Part shown: positions 43,721-56,909 of the stretch, one piece after another
Layout: the number at the start of each line of letters is the position of its first letter
Position numbering within the stretch: the first letter of the stretch is position 1
Assembly (NCBI GenBank): GCA_036172245.1
Contig: JAYWIR010000050.1
Coordinates: 248,001-312,000 of the forward strand
Length of the DNA stretch: 64,000 nucleotides
Origin: Raillietiella orientalis
Taxonomy: Eukaryota
Reading direction: 5' to 3'
Notes under the pieces: model-generated
Told to the model about the DNA's origin: nothing
Seen by the model: only the letters and a program-made list of their open reading frames with translations
Databases searched by the model: none
Translations under genes and position numbers: made by a program

Positions 43721-45321
43721 AACCGTCCAGCATATTGAGGTTCTTAAGCCTAACTACGACTCTGCTAATTCTGGTTATCCGCATAAACCAGAAAAGAATC
43801 TCCTTTAAAAAAAAATCCCATCTTCCATATTATTAGCTCAATTGCTATATTAAATTGCAGGTAGCTCAAGAGGCACTCTTGCTAGACTCCATAGATCCAC
43901 ATCTTTGGAATGCTTCCAGGGATCTGACTGAATCGATGTGTTAGCTTTCATAGATAGCAAGTGTTCTTACAGAGATCTTACAGACTATTTCCAAAAAGCC
44001 AAAACAAACAACTATTCCCAAATACAAATCATCGGTGATTATATCTATTTCAAGATTTTGATTCCATTAAAACAAAAGTTGAAAACTTTCTATTGAGAAT
44101 CAAATTCAAAGTGAGAATTTTTCATTTAGAATCACCTACTCTCATGAAATCAAAAGAGAAACGTATGGATGAGAGTATCGCACGTAATTGTCCCAACTTG
44201 GTGAAATTCTTCGCATCTAACTCGCACTCTTTTTGTGCTAGATTTTTGACGGTATTTAGATTGTACCGGATAGATGACCATACAGGATGCTTCTCTTGGC
44301 TATTATCGTTTTCATCTATCATTCTTTCCATAGCTCGAAATTGATCACATCCCTATGCTTCGGCATCACTCAAGAACTTAATGTTCTTCTTGTTAGTTAT
44401 TTCCATGAATTGATTCATTTTCTTTGAACAAAGTATCCAGGCAATATTCAAAATTCAGCATTCAAAGTTCCCACGCGTTGTAAAATCCAGTTTATTGTGG
44501 TCTGTTGGGAATCGTCACGAAAACAAGACAAATTATACAAATATTTACACATGGATAGCAAATCAGAAAGAATGAGAAAAGAGAATGAAATGATAAATAG
44601 AATTTACGAAGGTGATGAATCTTGAAATATTTAATTTGAGAAACGCTCGGTATTGGAGCAAAAAAAAGATTCATGTAAGATATCCATCCTAATTTCTGAT
44701 TTCTAAACGCAAGTAACTGGAGACGTACATTTACATTACAATATTCCATTTCATAATGCGATTCCTTACTCAACAGCTGAGAAACAACACGAATTTATGG
44801 AAATTTGCATTTTATGAAAGGTCAATTTGATAGAGTCGCGAAATTTTTTTGCTGCTTTGAAGCTTTATTTCGCGTACTATACAATACCTCAGTGAATCTT
44901 AGAGAAACATTTTAGATTCTTTGAAAAAGAAAGAATGAAAAAGAAAAATGACTGTGTGTTGAACTTGTGCACTCAACTAAAAAATGACTTGTAATTTCAG
45001 TAACATTGCATCTCGTCGAATTGTGTGCAGAACTGATAAGCCTGTAAATTGCTCATGAGGGAAATTAAAATGCACTGTATTTGCTATGGGAGTGCAAGAC
45101 ATTAATTTCCAATGAATTTAAAGAGTACTTCATATTAGCCTCCTATAAAGAGGCATAAATTGGTTTTGCTTGTTTCACATTACTAAGAAGGAGCTTATGA
45201 ATTCACTTCCATGTAAGTGGAAACCCGCCACATGTAACATTAGGCTTAGATGCGAATTTAGTTCCTTGTTGACAATAAATGAGTGAATTCCAATATTTTT
45301 GGACATAAATGTACGGGAAAG

Positions 45322-48300
45322 ATGAAGTATGATATGTCTATGAAGGACTCTCATAGTTCAAAAAGAACGTTTAAACCTACTGTGGATCAAATTAATCTTG
45401 ATAATGTAACACAGGTAATAATGTTTTTCTTATTTAAAGGAACATGGGTTTTCACATTTCCGACCGTGAGTTTTAGAATTTGACTCCGGATATAACAAGA
45501 TCTGAGATGTTTTTGTATTTTTAGATTGCTGCAAAGTATTGGACTCCTAATTTGCCCCATTTAAATTATGATCCGCAAGTTACTTATAATATATACGAGA
45601 ATGAAATTAAGGGAACCAAGTTAGTAGCATGTTTTGTTTCCCTTTAGAATTATTACGTTGTGGCTATTGTGAATGCTTTAATTAATTTCGAGCACCATGA
45701 GTTTAAATTGATTATTTGAATAAGATACTTTGGGAATGCACATGTGTTTTAAATACAGCATCTGAATTTTATCTTACAAGATTTCATTTCATAGTGATAG
45801 GTTTGTCAAGATTTGCTTGTTTTATGGATTTAGAAATTAATTTGTGATGTGCTCTAGAGGATGTTTTTCCTAAAAAATACAGTTCACCTAATATTTGCGC
45901 AAAATTATGTTGTGTACTATTATTATTGCAGATATATGAAAATAGCTAAAGTTTATTATTGAAATTCTTTTTATTAGCTTTTCTGTTCGCCGAATAATGA
46001 TCCTGGAAATCAGTCAGTATCTAGAAAAGTATTTATGGCCTAATTACACAGAACAAGAAAGTTCTGTGCCATATATCATGTCAATTGTAGTGATGGTGAA
46101 TGAGAAAAAAAGGGAAAAAATTGAAGCTTGGGAGGTATGTTAATGTCTTAAAAAGAATAAGGGATATGATTTTTCTAGGCCTTCATGCAAAAGTCACAAG
46201 AATTCCCTAACTTCTTTCTTGAAATGTTGAAATGCTGCCTGAAACCTCTGGATGAAATTACTGTTAAAGAATTAACAAATTTAATTATTTTTCTTAATCA
46301 TTGTTTCAATAGTGTGGAAGTAAGTATAATAAGAGAACAAATCCAGCATTTGGTTTCTCTACCTATTTGGTACTGCCTTCTCCAAGTAAGTGGATAGTAA
46401 CATTGCTGCCTTGACAAGCAAATAGAGTCGTAGGAAGTATGAGCTGGAACAAATTCCGAAGTGGAAGAAATATTGGAGAGCATTGGAAAAAAAAGAAAAT
46501 CAGACTCCAGAACAGCAAAAAAAAAAAATGTTTTTCCAAAAAACTTTCCTGATGCGTCTGATTCAGAGGTTCTTTGCTTTGTTAAACATGGTGTCCGACA
46601 AAGGTAGCAGAAAATTTAAAAAAACTTGGACTCAGATTTAAGTCAGGAGAGTTGCTTCCTGATAATATTGCTTTTTGTGAGCGCTTCATAGATTTGCTTA
46701 TTGACCTTGAGGCTCTTTTGCCCACAAGACGCTTCTTTAACACCTTGATTGATGACTGCCATTTAATTGTTCGTTGTCAACAGAGCCTCTTATATAAAAG
46801 TGCAGAAGGGCGTCTTTTTGTCCAGGTAACTGCTTTTAGACTTGTTGAATGAACATGTGGTCTCAGCTTCTTGACAGACTTAGATTCTACACCCATTTTG
46901 AAATTGATGATATTCAAGGAGATGCCCTCTCAGACAAGGATATGATGCATTTTCATTACAAAAAAGTCACTTCTTTGCAGGTTTGGATACCTTTTTCATT
47001 GCAGTACCTTTAGAATGTTTCATTAGAAAGCTGTATTTGCTCAGTTTCCAGAGTTACGACAGTTTTCTTTATCGACTGTGGCAAAAGTAGACACAGCAGA
47101 TGCGCTAAAACAGTATTTTAATTCTCTCAGGTTTCGTATTTTCCATGTAATGCCGCCATTTCTAAGGTCATTATCTCTTTTAGTAGGCAAAAATTGTATG
47201 AATTGGGGGAGTATCTGCATTTGTTACCTTCTCCTGAAGAATTAGATGAATTTCATGAGGACCTTCGAAATGCTGATCATTCCTTCTTGATGGAACTAAT
47301 TGTATGTTGTTTTACTAGTCAGAGGCATCTAAAATCAGCAAATAGATTTCACGGCATGAAAGGAGGAAATCTCAGTTGCAATTACTCAATCAAATGCCAC
47401 TGTATCCCACAGAAGAGTTAATCTGTGATGAAAATATTTTTCTGGATAATCCCAGTGGAGATGAATGTCTAGCTCTCCCCAAACTACATCTTCAGTTTCT
47501 CACTCTTCATGATTATCTACTGCGGAATTTTACTCTCTTTCAATTGGAATCTACCTGTAAGCAACCTTGTTTTTGGATTCTAATCAATATCAGAGGTAAT
47601 TGTAGATGAAATTTCCCAAGATATTATGGATTGCGTGTGCCGGCTGAAACCATGGTAATCAGAAAGTGTGCTCACTTGAGTTGTGAGGTGGAGTGCTTTT
47701 CTAGGCGTACAGAGACTGGTGGAGTCACATTTGGTGGATGGGCTCGTATGGCACTATCCATTCAATCATTTAGCATAGTTCAAGTGGGGAAACCAAATAT
47801 TGGAGAGATTCAGCCATCTCGGGTTCGAGCTGATGTGACTGTCAATTTGAATGTGCGTGAAGAGATCAAACTAGAATGGGAAGCCCTTCGCAAACATGAT
47901 GTGTGTTTCTTGATTGCTATCCAGCCAACTGCATCAATTGGTAGGGTAGTTCATTCTTAATTTATGGGCCTTTTGTAGTTTGGGCTGTTAGGTACTGCCT
48001 ATCATCGTCATGATCATTTCATATCTCAGTTGGGGTTAACATATATTCGTGGCTGTGAAATTGAGGGAATGTTGGATGAAAACGGAAGGGTTATTGAGGA
48101 AAGCATAGAGCCACATCCTCATCTGAAAGGAGAAACACGCACATGGAGGGTGTGGCTGGACTGCAATCAGTACCGAATGGATATGGATGCCATGTCTCGA
48201 GGCCATGAAGATGTTTACGCCTCATTTAATATACTAATGAGGCGGAAGCCTAAAGAAAACAATTTCAAAGCTGTTCTGGAGACAATCCGGAATCTCATGA

Positions 48301-51142
48301 ACATGGAATGTGTAGTACCTGATTGGTTACATAATATTCTGCTTGGATATGGAGACCCTGCTTCTGCACATTATTCTCGGTATTTTAGTGATCCTGTTTT
48401 TTGTGGATTACAAATTCATTTTAGCATGCCTAATGAGATTCCAGTGTTGGATTTCAATGATACATTTCTTGATGTTCAGCATCTCCGAAATAGTTTCCCT
48501 GATTACCAGGTACAGGTAGAGAATGAAAATGACATCCCTCCAAATGCACTCTTCCGACTTACGTTCATGGATGTGCTTAATAAAAAAGATACTGCATCTT
48601 CTGAGAAGATAATCCAAGTGGAACCCTACACTCTTCCCAGTAGGGGACCTTACTGCTTCACGGAATCCAAAAGGTGGCATCCATTATTCCATTAGTTGTT
48701 TTTCTATTTATCATATATCCGATGTAGAAATTCCATAAGGTTCACCAAAACACAAGTGGAAGCCATTAGAGCAGGCATGCAGCCAGGTTTAACCATGGTT
48801 GTGGGACCTCCAGGTTATACTTTCTCATATTCAATGATTCCATTGAAAATCTTGTACAGGAACTGGGAAGACAGATGTGGCTGTGCAGATCATTTCCAAT
48901 CTATACCATTCGTTCCCTCAACAGCGTACCTTAGTTGTCACTCATTCTAATCAAGCACTGAATCAGTTATTTGAGAAAATAGCTGCCTTGGATGTAGATG
49001 AACGCCATCTCCTTCGTCTTGGGCATGGTGAAGAAGCTCTTGATACGGAAAAAGATTTTAGTCGGTGAGAATAGTAGGCCTTTTTTATTACTATGTTATC
49101 AATGCCATTTAGATATGGGCGAGTCAATTTTGTCTTATCGAAACGCCTTCAACTTTTGCAAGAAGTGCAAAGGTTGCAAGAGAGTTTAGGAGTTTTAGGA
49201 GATGTGGCATATACTTGTGAGACTGCTGGTTATTTTTTCCTGTATCATGTTTTATCTCGCTGGGAGAAATACATGAGCATGGTGAAACCAGGACCAGATC
49301 AAGTAATGATGAGTTCAATACGAAAAAGAATGGCATATTTTTTGAATAGATAGTCGAAATCGAGACCGTGGATCAGCTGTTTCCGTTCCATGTGTTTTTT
49401 TCTAATGCTCCGCAACCTCTGTTTCGTGGACTTTTGTATGAAGAAGATTTGAAAGTAGCGGAAGGCTGTTTTCGCTACATCCAGCGTATTTTCACTCAAC
49501 TTGAAGAGTTTCAAGCATTCGAAATGCTTAGGTCGAGTTTGGACCGCTCTCGTTACTTGCTTGTGAAAGAAGCTAAGGTAATTGCCATGACCTGCACACA
49601 TGCAGCCCTAAAAAGGAAGGAACTTGTGGAATTGGGTAAATTGAATGCTTGTTGGAACTCAGAATGTGCGTGACCAATCTTTGCAGCATTTGAATATGAC
49701 AATATTTTGATGGAAGAGTCTGCACAAATCCTGGAAATTGAAACCTTCATTCCATTGTTATTACAAAATCCTCAAGATGGGCGTAGTCGACTCAAGAGAT
49801 GGATTATGATTGGAGACCATCACCAGCTGCCACCAGTTGTCAAAAACATGGCCTTTCAAAAAATGGGCAACATGGAACAGAGCCTGTTTTCACGGTTTGT
49901 GCGTCTGGGAGTTCCTACTGTGGATTTAGATGCCCAAGGTCGTGCACGGCCATCGTAAGTCTGGAATCAGAGATGGCGGACATAAGTTTCATTGTTTTAT
50001 GTAGTATTTGTGCATTATATCAGTGGCGGTATCGGCTGTTGGGAAATTTGCCTCATGTGGAGTCATGGCTGGAGTACAAAAAGGCTAATCCGGGCTTGGC
50101 GTATGAGTTCCAGTTAATTGATGTTGGTGACTTCAATGGAGTTGGTGAATCCGAGCCAAATCCTTTCTTTTACCAAGTATGAACATCAATATCAAATTCA
50201 TTGTCTACATATGATGTAGAATCTAGGAGAAGCAGAATATGTGGTCGCAGTCTACATGTATATGCGTTTGTTAGGTTATCCTGCTAATCAGATCTCTATC
50301 TTGACAACATACAATGGACAGAAACATCTGTTGCGTGATGTGTTGCAAGTCCGATGTGCATCCAACCCTATATTTGGCCTCCCTCACAAAGTCACTACAG
50401 TAGACAAATACCAAGGCCAACAAAATGACTATATTTTGTTGTCATTAGTGCGTACTCGCGCTGTAGGTCATTTGCGGGATGTACGTCGCCTGGTTGTTGC
50501 CATGTCCCGGGCCCGCTTGGGCCTGTATGTATTTGCAAGAGTGGCCCTCTTTCAGAACTGCTTAGACCTGACTCCTGCATTTACTCTGGTAAGTAACTGA
50601 GTTCTGTAGGTTTTAATATTTCAGCTATTCAGCTGCAACAACGACCTATGGAATTGCATTTGCTACCTCATGAAACATATCCAGGTGATCGCCTTCTTCA
50701 GAGTCCTCTATTAGTTGAACCCCTAATTATTCAAGATACAGTTCAAATGGCATCTTTCGTACAAACTTTGTACAAAGAACGATTAGAGTATATGAAAGCA
50801 ATGCTCAAGGTTAGTCGTAATTAATTATGTATCTCGTGACTTTTTCATTTTACACAGGCAGTGGACAACATGGAGATGCAGGCTGATAAGAGTGGAAATA
50901 ATGAAAATGTAGTTGAAGAAACTGGAGATGTTCATGGTTCCTTGGACAAAAGTGAGTGCAAAATGGAAGGTACTGAAGACAGTGAATGCAAAATGGAAGG
51001 TACTGAAGACAGTGAATGCAAAATGGAAGGTGCTGAAGATGGTGAATGCAACATGGAAGGTGCTGAAGATGGTGAATGCAACATGGAAGGTGCTGAAGAT
51101 AGCGAATGCAACATGGAAGATGCTGAAGTAAAATGCAGCTAA
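45322..51142 (+). CDS. AQR: RNA helicase Aquarius (intron-binding protein, emb-4), 23 exons, about 1471 aa
   Basis: Exons 45322-45414, 45525-45619, 45978-46134, 46179-46385, 46426-46603, 46647-46825, 46867-46980, 47027-47130, 47184-47301, 47346-47556, 47606-47654, 47705-47940, 47992-48379, 48425-48673, 48728-48813, 48860-49064, 49113-49302, 49350-49635, 49687-49954, 50005-50176, 50220-50588, 50633-50809 and 50858-51142 total 4416 nt. Motifs: [65 protein letters not shown]. Three in-frame ATGs are possible starts. Confidence 0.96.
50951..51130 (+). repeat. Coding minisatellite, 6 x 30 bp, encoding (S/G)EC(K/N)MEG(T/A)ED
   Basis: The unit agtgaatgcaaaatggaaggtactgaagac is repeated six times with gradual divergence in the last AQR exon. 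Confidence 0.95.
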
Positions 51143-52528
51143 TTCTAGTTCCAGATCTAGTTTTTAATCATCAGTTTTCTTGGATAATCATATATAAGGA
51201 GATTACAAGATAAATACATGTGCATTTGTATACAGGGTAGTAGTGATATTGTTCTTCTAAATCTTTAGAATTTACGTTTAGCATTACGGTTCCCAGAAAA
51301 AAGAACTTGCGCTTTCCCTGTCTATAGCAGTGAATAGGCCGATTTTTTAAATTCTTAATTGTACTTGCCCATGTTACGTTTATGGTTTCGAGTTTACTGT
51401 TGAGTAACACAATGCAGTTGCTATCAAGAGATCATGATGGGATTCTCGGCATATTCACAATGATAGATAAAGAAAGCCTTAAATCTTTTTCTGAAAAATG
51501 TAATGCTATTAACACACATTACCCTGACTTGCACTTTCAGCACTACTTCACAGTTACTCAGTAGTATCAATCACAAAAAAACATTTATTAGCAGTCATGC
51601 TGATGCATTTATTCCTTCAAAGTATTTAAAGTACAGAGCAAAATATTACATGGCATCTGGATTAACAGAAGCCATGTATCAGACACCACACTGTTGGAGT
51701 TCATGCTGGGGTGGGCAGTAAGGTCTCAAACTAACTTAATCTTAAGAAAACAAAATTCCATAAACTCTGTAAGCTAGATTTTCCTATAGTGCTTACTCAT
51801 CCTTTAAGTGTTTTCTTGAAGATTTGATATCAACTTTCTGCTGCTTATTTAAAAGCTAATCAACTCGTTTAAGATTACTGTGACACCTAAGTTTCAGGGA
51901 TTCCTTCTGTTTGAGACGCAAATTATCTAAATTCTTCGACATTCTTTAATTTGTGGAAATATGGATTGATAGTCACTCTATTTGTCACAACAATTCCACG
52001 CTAAATTCACTTTTAAACAAGACTTTGTTGGAATGAAGTTTGTTTCAAATTTCAAGCAGTAGGTTTATAAGGAAGTGTTGGTTTTACTGTGGTGCAATGG
52101 AATCTAGTTCGCCACACTGTTAATGCTTCCTCACAACAATGCCTCCGCCAACCGATAGTTTAAACTGTATTTTGTTCTTTCACAGATTTCCGAGCGATTC
52201 AAATTGTAAACAAACACACATTTTTTTTGCCATGGATTCAAACACAACTTATCACATGAACCTTTAGAATAATGCTGTTTCATTTCTAGTTTCTGTATTT
52301 TATTCTGCAAAATCAAGACTCTCCATGTGAAAGATTAATCAATAATGCTTTATTCATTTTACTGAATGCATTTAATGATTCTTTGACAAGAATTCTTCTG
52401 AAGACAACTGGAATTCCTGTATGTCCACCGCCATATGTAAATCACACTTGTGCAGAGTATTCCTAAATGACATCAAAATTCATGAAATTACCGAGATGAT
52501 GAATAGAGTTTTGCATATAACCAAAAAC

Positions 52529-55500
52529 TCAAGTTTTGTAGTCAAAATGCACCTCAACCAAATAACGCATGAGAACCTGTGCAGTATCATATACAATGTA
52601 TCTTGCAGCAGTTAAGAAAAATGTGAGCTAGATGACAAACCTGTACTTAATAGAAAAGGATACTCATTGTACAATAATGAACTGGAGGTATTAACCTTCA
52701 GTGGTTTTCCTAAAGGTACTTCAACACCATTCACATGTATATTGGAAGCAGGATCTGGCTGAGTGGCTCCTTTGCCAAAAGTGCTATGCTTTCCTGCAGG
52801 AAGTTTTGTGATATAGTTAGCAGTGGTGCATTCAAACCTGATCAAAAGAAAACATACAGTACCATTTTGAGACACACCTACATGTCACCAAGAGCCACTT
52901 CGCTCAAAATTAGTAAACCAGCAGGATTTTTTTTGGACGAAAAGCAATAGTTGGCTGACTTGGACACCATGTCAGCAAAGTAGATACCTTTCCCAAACAT
53001 GTATCCAGTAGATGGAGCTTCAGGTGGGGCAATTCTTAATCCTTGAGACAAAATACCAGCATAATTGACTGTTCGTGATCCATGCCACAAAAGTTTACGA
53101 TTATGCAGTTTTTTGTATGGACGAAAGCGTCTTTCTTCGCCTTTACGCTTTACAGCATAAACATGTTTGATACGTAGAGAATACGAAGAATGTGTTTCAC
53201 CATGTGTATTCTTAAGGTAGCTTTCCACCATCTTGAACTCCTCTGAATTGCCATCCAATACAGAAAGCTCAATCTTGAGCTTAGCAAAGTGAAAATCGAT
53301 AGGATCTACTTTGTCATCAATAGGTTCCGTTTGCAACAAATTATAAGCTAATTCAATATCTAGCATTGCTTCAAGCATTTCCAATTTGGACTGAATCAGA
53401 GATTTCTGATTCAAAAGTGGAGGAGATGCCATGCCAAAATCATGAGGAATAAGTGTGTAAAAGCGATTGGAACAATCACGAATCAGTGCAAGAGAAGAAT
53501 TTTCTGCAGATTCCAACTCTAATGCTTCGTTCAAGACATTAAATGCCAATTCTATTTGCTTTCGACTGAGCTTGCCTAAAGGCATTTTCTTTGTATCTAA
53601 ATCGAATTCAGCTAACACCTGCTTCATAGAATTGACATTAAAAATCATCTGAATAAGTTGCTGAATTGGTAATGGTAACTTTGAATTTTTCCCTGGCTGG
53701 AGTTCTGGGATTTTATTCTCATTCTAGGAACCAGAGAAATAAATATTAACATACCTTAATGATCAGAACATACCTGTCCAAAATCAACATCTACAGGATA
53801 AAAACAGCCAGGTACTTTTTGGAACTTGTGCTTCATAGACCATGAATTTCCAGTCTTCTCCTCGTAGAGTTTTTGGAAGCACATTTCTGCTTCCAGTTTG
53901 GTTGAAAAATTTTCAAGTTTGTTGCCACCAATAGTAGTACCGATCCGTCCCCAGGATCGAAATACATAATAATCATGACCGACATCGCTTTCCAATAATT
54001 GCAATTTATAAAAGGAATTTGTTCCTTCACTAATATCAACTTTGTTAAGCACCACTGAATAAAGATCGTTCCTATCCCTGTAAACATGTGCTTCATCTTC
54101 CATCTGTGAATCAGGATCCACTACAGCACCATCTTTTAGCTGCATTTTCACTTTCTCAGGAACGGATTTTGTGAAGTGTGACTCTAAAATGAAATTTGTA
54201 CACCTCGTATCTGTCCGCAATTTAATACTCAAGTCTTTGCAGTCATCAGAAGGCAATGTATTTTAGGAAGTATCAGTGTTCCAAAAGCAACTGCTCTGGA
54301 GTATCAAATACTTCCACAAACCAAATGTAGAATACATAAATGATACCAACCCTTTTTGGATGAACGACTTTCTGCAAGTGCAGGCACTCGTGATAAAGGA
54401 TCAGAACCCCAACTTGATATGGCCATTTCCTTTATGAGCTGCAATGCTTGTTCCCTTCCAGAATTACTGATCTTTTCCAAAAAGCTTTCATCTACAACTT
54501 GCACATCCAGCACTTCTGCTTTTTGAATTTTTGCTGTGTTTTTGTTTAAAGTATCTAAACAAAATGCAACCCTCACTTCAGAGCAAAGAACATTGACAGT
54601 GCTTGCCTAAGTTGCTAATAACTGCAGCAGTTGTTGGCTTTATAGTAGGTATCAACTTGCATCCCATTTTCTCCAATTTGGCTTTGAGATCATTTTTCTT
54701 CATTGATAACTTGCCCTCAACAACAAATTCCATTCCATTAAGAGGACAAACATCTTTACTATTCGAGAATATTCAACACAATCAGAAAAGTTTAGATCGG
54801 ATTTAACTTACGATAAATTCGACACAGAATTTGAAGGACGAGGATTAGGTAAAGTTTGTACTTCATACAACCGCTTCCTGATCACACTCTTATATTTCTT
54901 CCTGACCAAGTTATCAGTGTATAATTAAGAAAAAACAAAAATAAAAGCGATATTTACAGAAAAGAATATTGTTCTGTAAGCTCATCAGGTACATTGAAAG
55001 AAAGTCGCTTGGGTTCTTTAATCACAGTATGACATTTTGTCCATTCTGTTAAATGACCAGTGCATTGGTATCCTACACCTGATCTAAATGTGAGCTGTCC
55101 TTGTTTACAAACATCACAACGTACTGGAGTGCCAAAAGTCATTGCATCAGCAAGCAAGTCAAGCATCTACGAACAGTCAATAGATAATAAACGACAAGAA
55201 AAATCAATTACGGATGAAACGCTTGATGGAATGTCCATGTGATTGTATTCCAATAAGTACTGCAAATCACCTTTACTCAATTCTTTTTGTAATTTATCTC
55301 TGTAAGAAAACATTAGATCATTTTGTTTCTTGAGCTTAACATCATCATGTTTAATCTTCTTGGCATCACTTTTAGTTTCTTCTTTAATAACCTCAGTTGC
55401 TTTACGTTTGCTACTGCTTAATGAGTCAAATTATCTTTACAAAGTAACTTACTTTCGTGAAAGCTTCTTTTTCAATGCCAACTGATCATCCTCATTTAAT

Positions 55501-56909
55501 GATTTGTACCCATCCAACACATCAGCTCCCTCAAAATATCGAAGATCAGCTCTTGCAGCAGCAAAGCAATCAACATGATACCATGTATCAACTGGACCAT
55601 ATGTTAATGCTCTTGTGGATTGATAGTCCTTTTTACAGATTCGAACTTGACCCTTCATACACGAATGCAATTTTGTTACTCCCTTTGGCTAAATTATTCA
55701 ATTCACAACATTTGTTCGCTATACAGAACAAATGTCTTTGCAGAGTGCACAAAGTAGAAGACCAGAGATTTTTACTGAACCAAAAAATTCACTGCAATGC
55801 ATTTGCTTGCAAACATGGTTGTTAGGAAAAATTAGAATGTGGTTTATTTATATTTATATATATTTATATTTATTTATTTATAAATAGTGCTACCCTCTGT
55901 TACTTGAGAAGAAAATGAAAACATTCTTAACATGGTATTCACTGTGCAACTGTATGATAGTTGACACTTGCAAGTTGAACATGAATAAAATAAAATAAAA
56001 TAACATTAATAAAAATCTTCTCGAAAATTAATTTCTTTCCATCACTTTTACCTTATTTATAGACTTTTCACATCCACGGCACGTACTTCGGCCTGATTTT
56101 GCATATTCTGTTTTGAAATCCTCCAAAATAGTTCCACTCTTACTGGTAGAAGATGAAGCATGTGCATCTGAAATCACAAATAACGTATTCCAAATTTGCA
56201 CCAGAATGCATGAAAAAGGAAATCGATTAGAAAAGTTAATTCAATTGGAAAGCTAAAATAGCTCAATTTCCATAAAGTTGTGAAGTGTCAAGCACTACTG
56301 AGATAAGCGAAACTTTGAGTTCTATTCTAGAAAACCAACCAATGTTTTCTTTTATATTTTTCTGATCTTCCCATCTCAAATTATCGAAGTGAGCTATCTC
56401 GGAAACTGAAGTTGGTCTCTGTTTCGAAAAGAAGCACTTCATATGATACCAGTTGGGCATTTTGCCATCGAAAAATGGGCTCTGAAACACAACGTTCTTA
56501 CAGGACAGAATCAACGTGGATTCAACAATTCGGTACAACACAATTCTGAAGGAAAAACTCTCTTCGCAGTGTAATTGAGTATATCGACATGAAAGGGTGG
56601 ATTAAATGGGCCATTCGAGACTACCTACGTAAGAGTCATAAAAGACTGACTTTTACTCAACACGACTGAGGTTGAAACAATAGCTACATGGCAGGCAAAG
56701 AGCAAGGAGGAATTGTGCAAAAACCGCAAAGCAAGGGGGATCAGTCACAGAATCAAACACCTCACCTGGACCATTGCGGCAAGTCGTAGGCTATCTTTTC
56801 CGATGTTTGCCTTGCAGGCCTTGCACGATGATCTGCCACTCTTTGCATATTCAGCTCTGTAGGGCAGGGCCTTTTCACTGAGAACTGCTTCTTCCGTGGG
56901 CGCATCCAT
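52529..56909 (-). CDS. PARP1: Poly(ADP-ribose) polymerase 1, 13 exons, about 984 aa
   Basis: Exons 56766-56909, 56340-56481, 56052-56167, 55453-55652, 55212-55410, 54958-55166, 54812-54901, 54607-54758, 54351-54554, 53774-54183, 52882-53723, 52664-52837 and 52529-52601 total 2955 nt. Domains: Zn1 ([14 protein letters not shown]), Zn2 ([13 protein letters not shown]), Zn3, BRCT, WGR (FRSWGRIG), and catalytic LLWHGSR/GIYFAD/YNEYIVY with the H-Y-E triad intact. AATAAA near 52349 on the minus strand. Confidence 0.97.
52602..52663 (-). other. U12-type (minor spliceosome) GT-AG intron, 62 nt
   Basis: 5' site GTATCCTTTT; branch point TTTTCTTAAC followed by tgctgcaag|; no polypyrimidine tract. Removing it restores LLYNE|YIVYD. 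Confidence 0.92.

Noticed and set aside
44122..44418. Minus-strand frame of about 98 codons interrupted by one TAG
   Set aside because: No recognisable homology or splice context; readthrough or pseudogene status cannot be supported.
50951..51130. 30-bp repeats as a possible CRISPR-like array
   Set aside because: Units are head-to-tail with no unique spacers and lie in frame within a eukaryotic coding exon.
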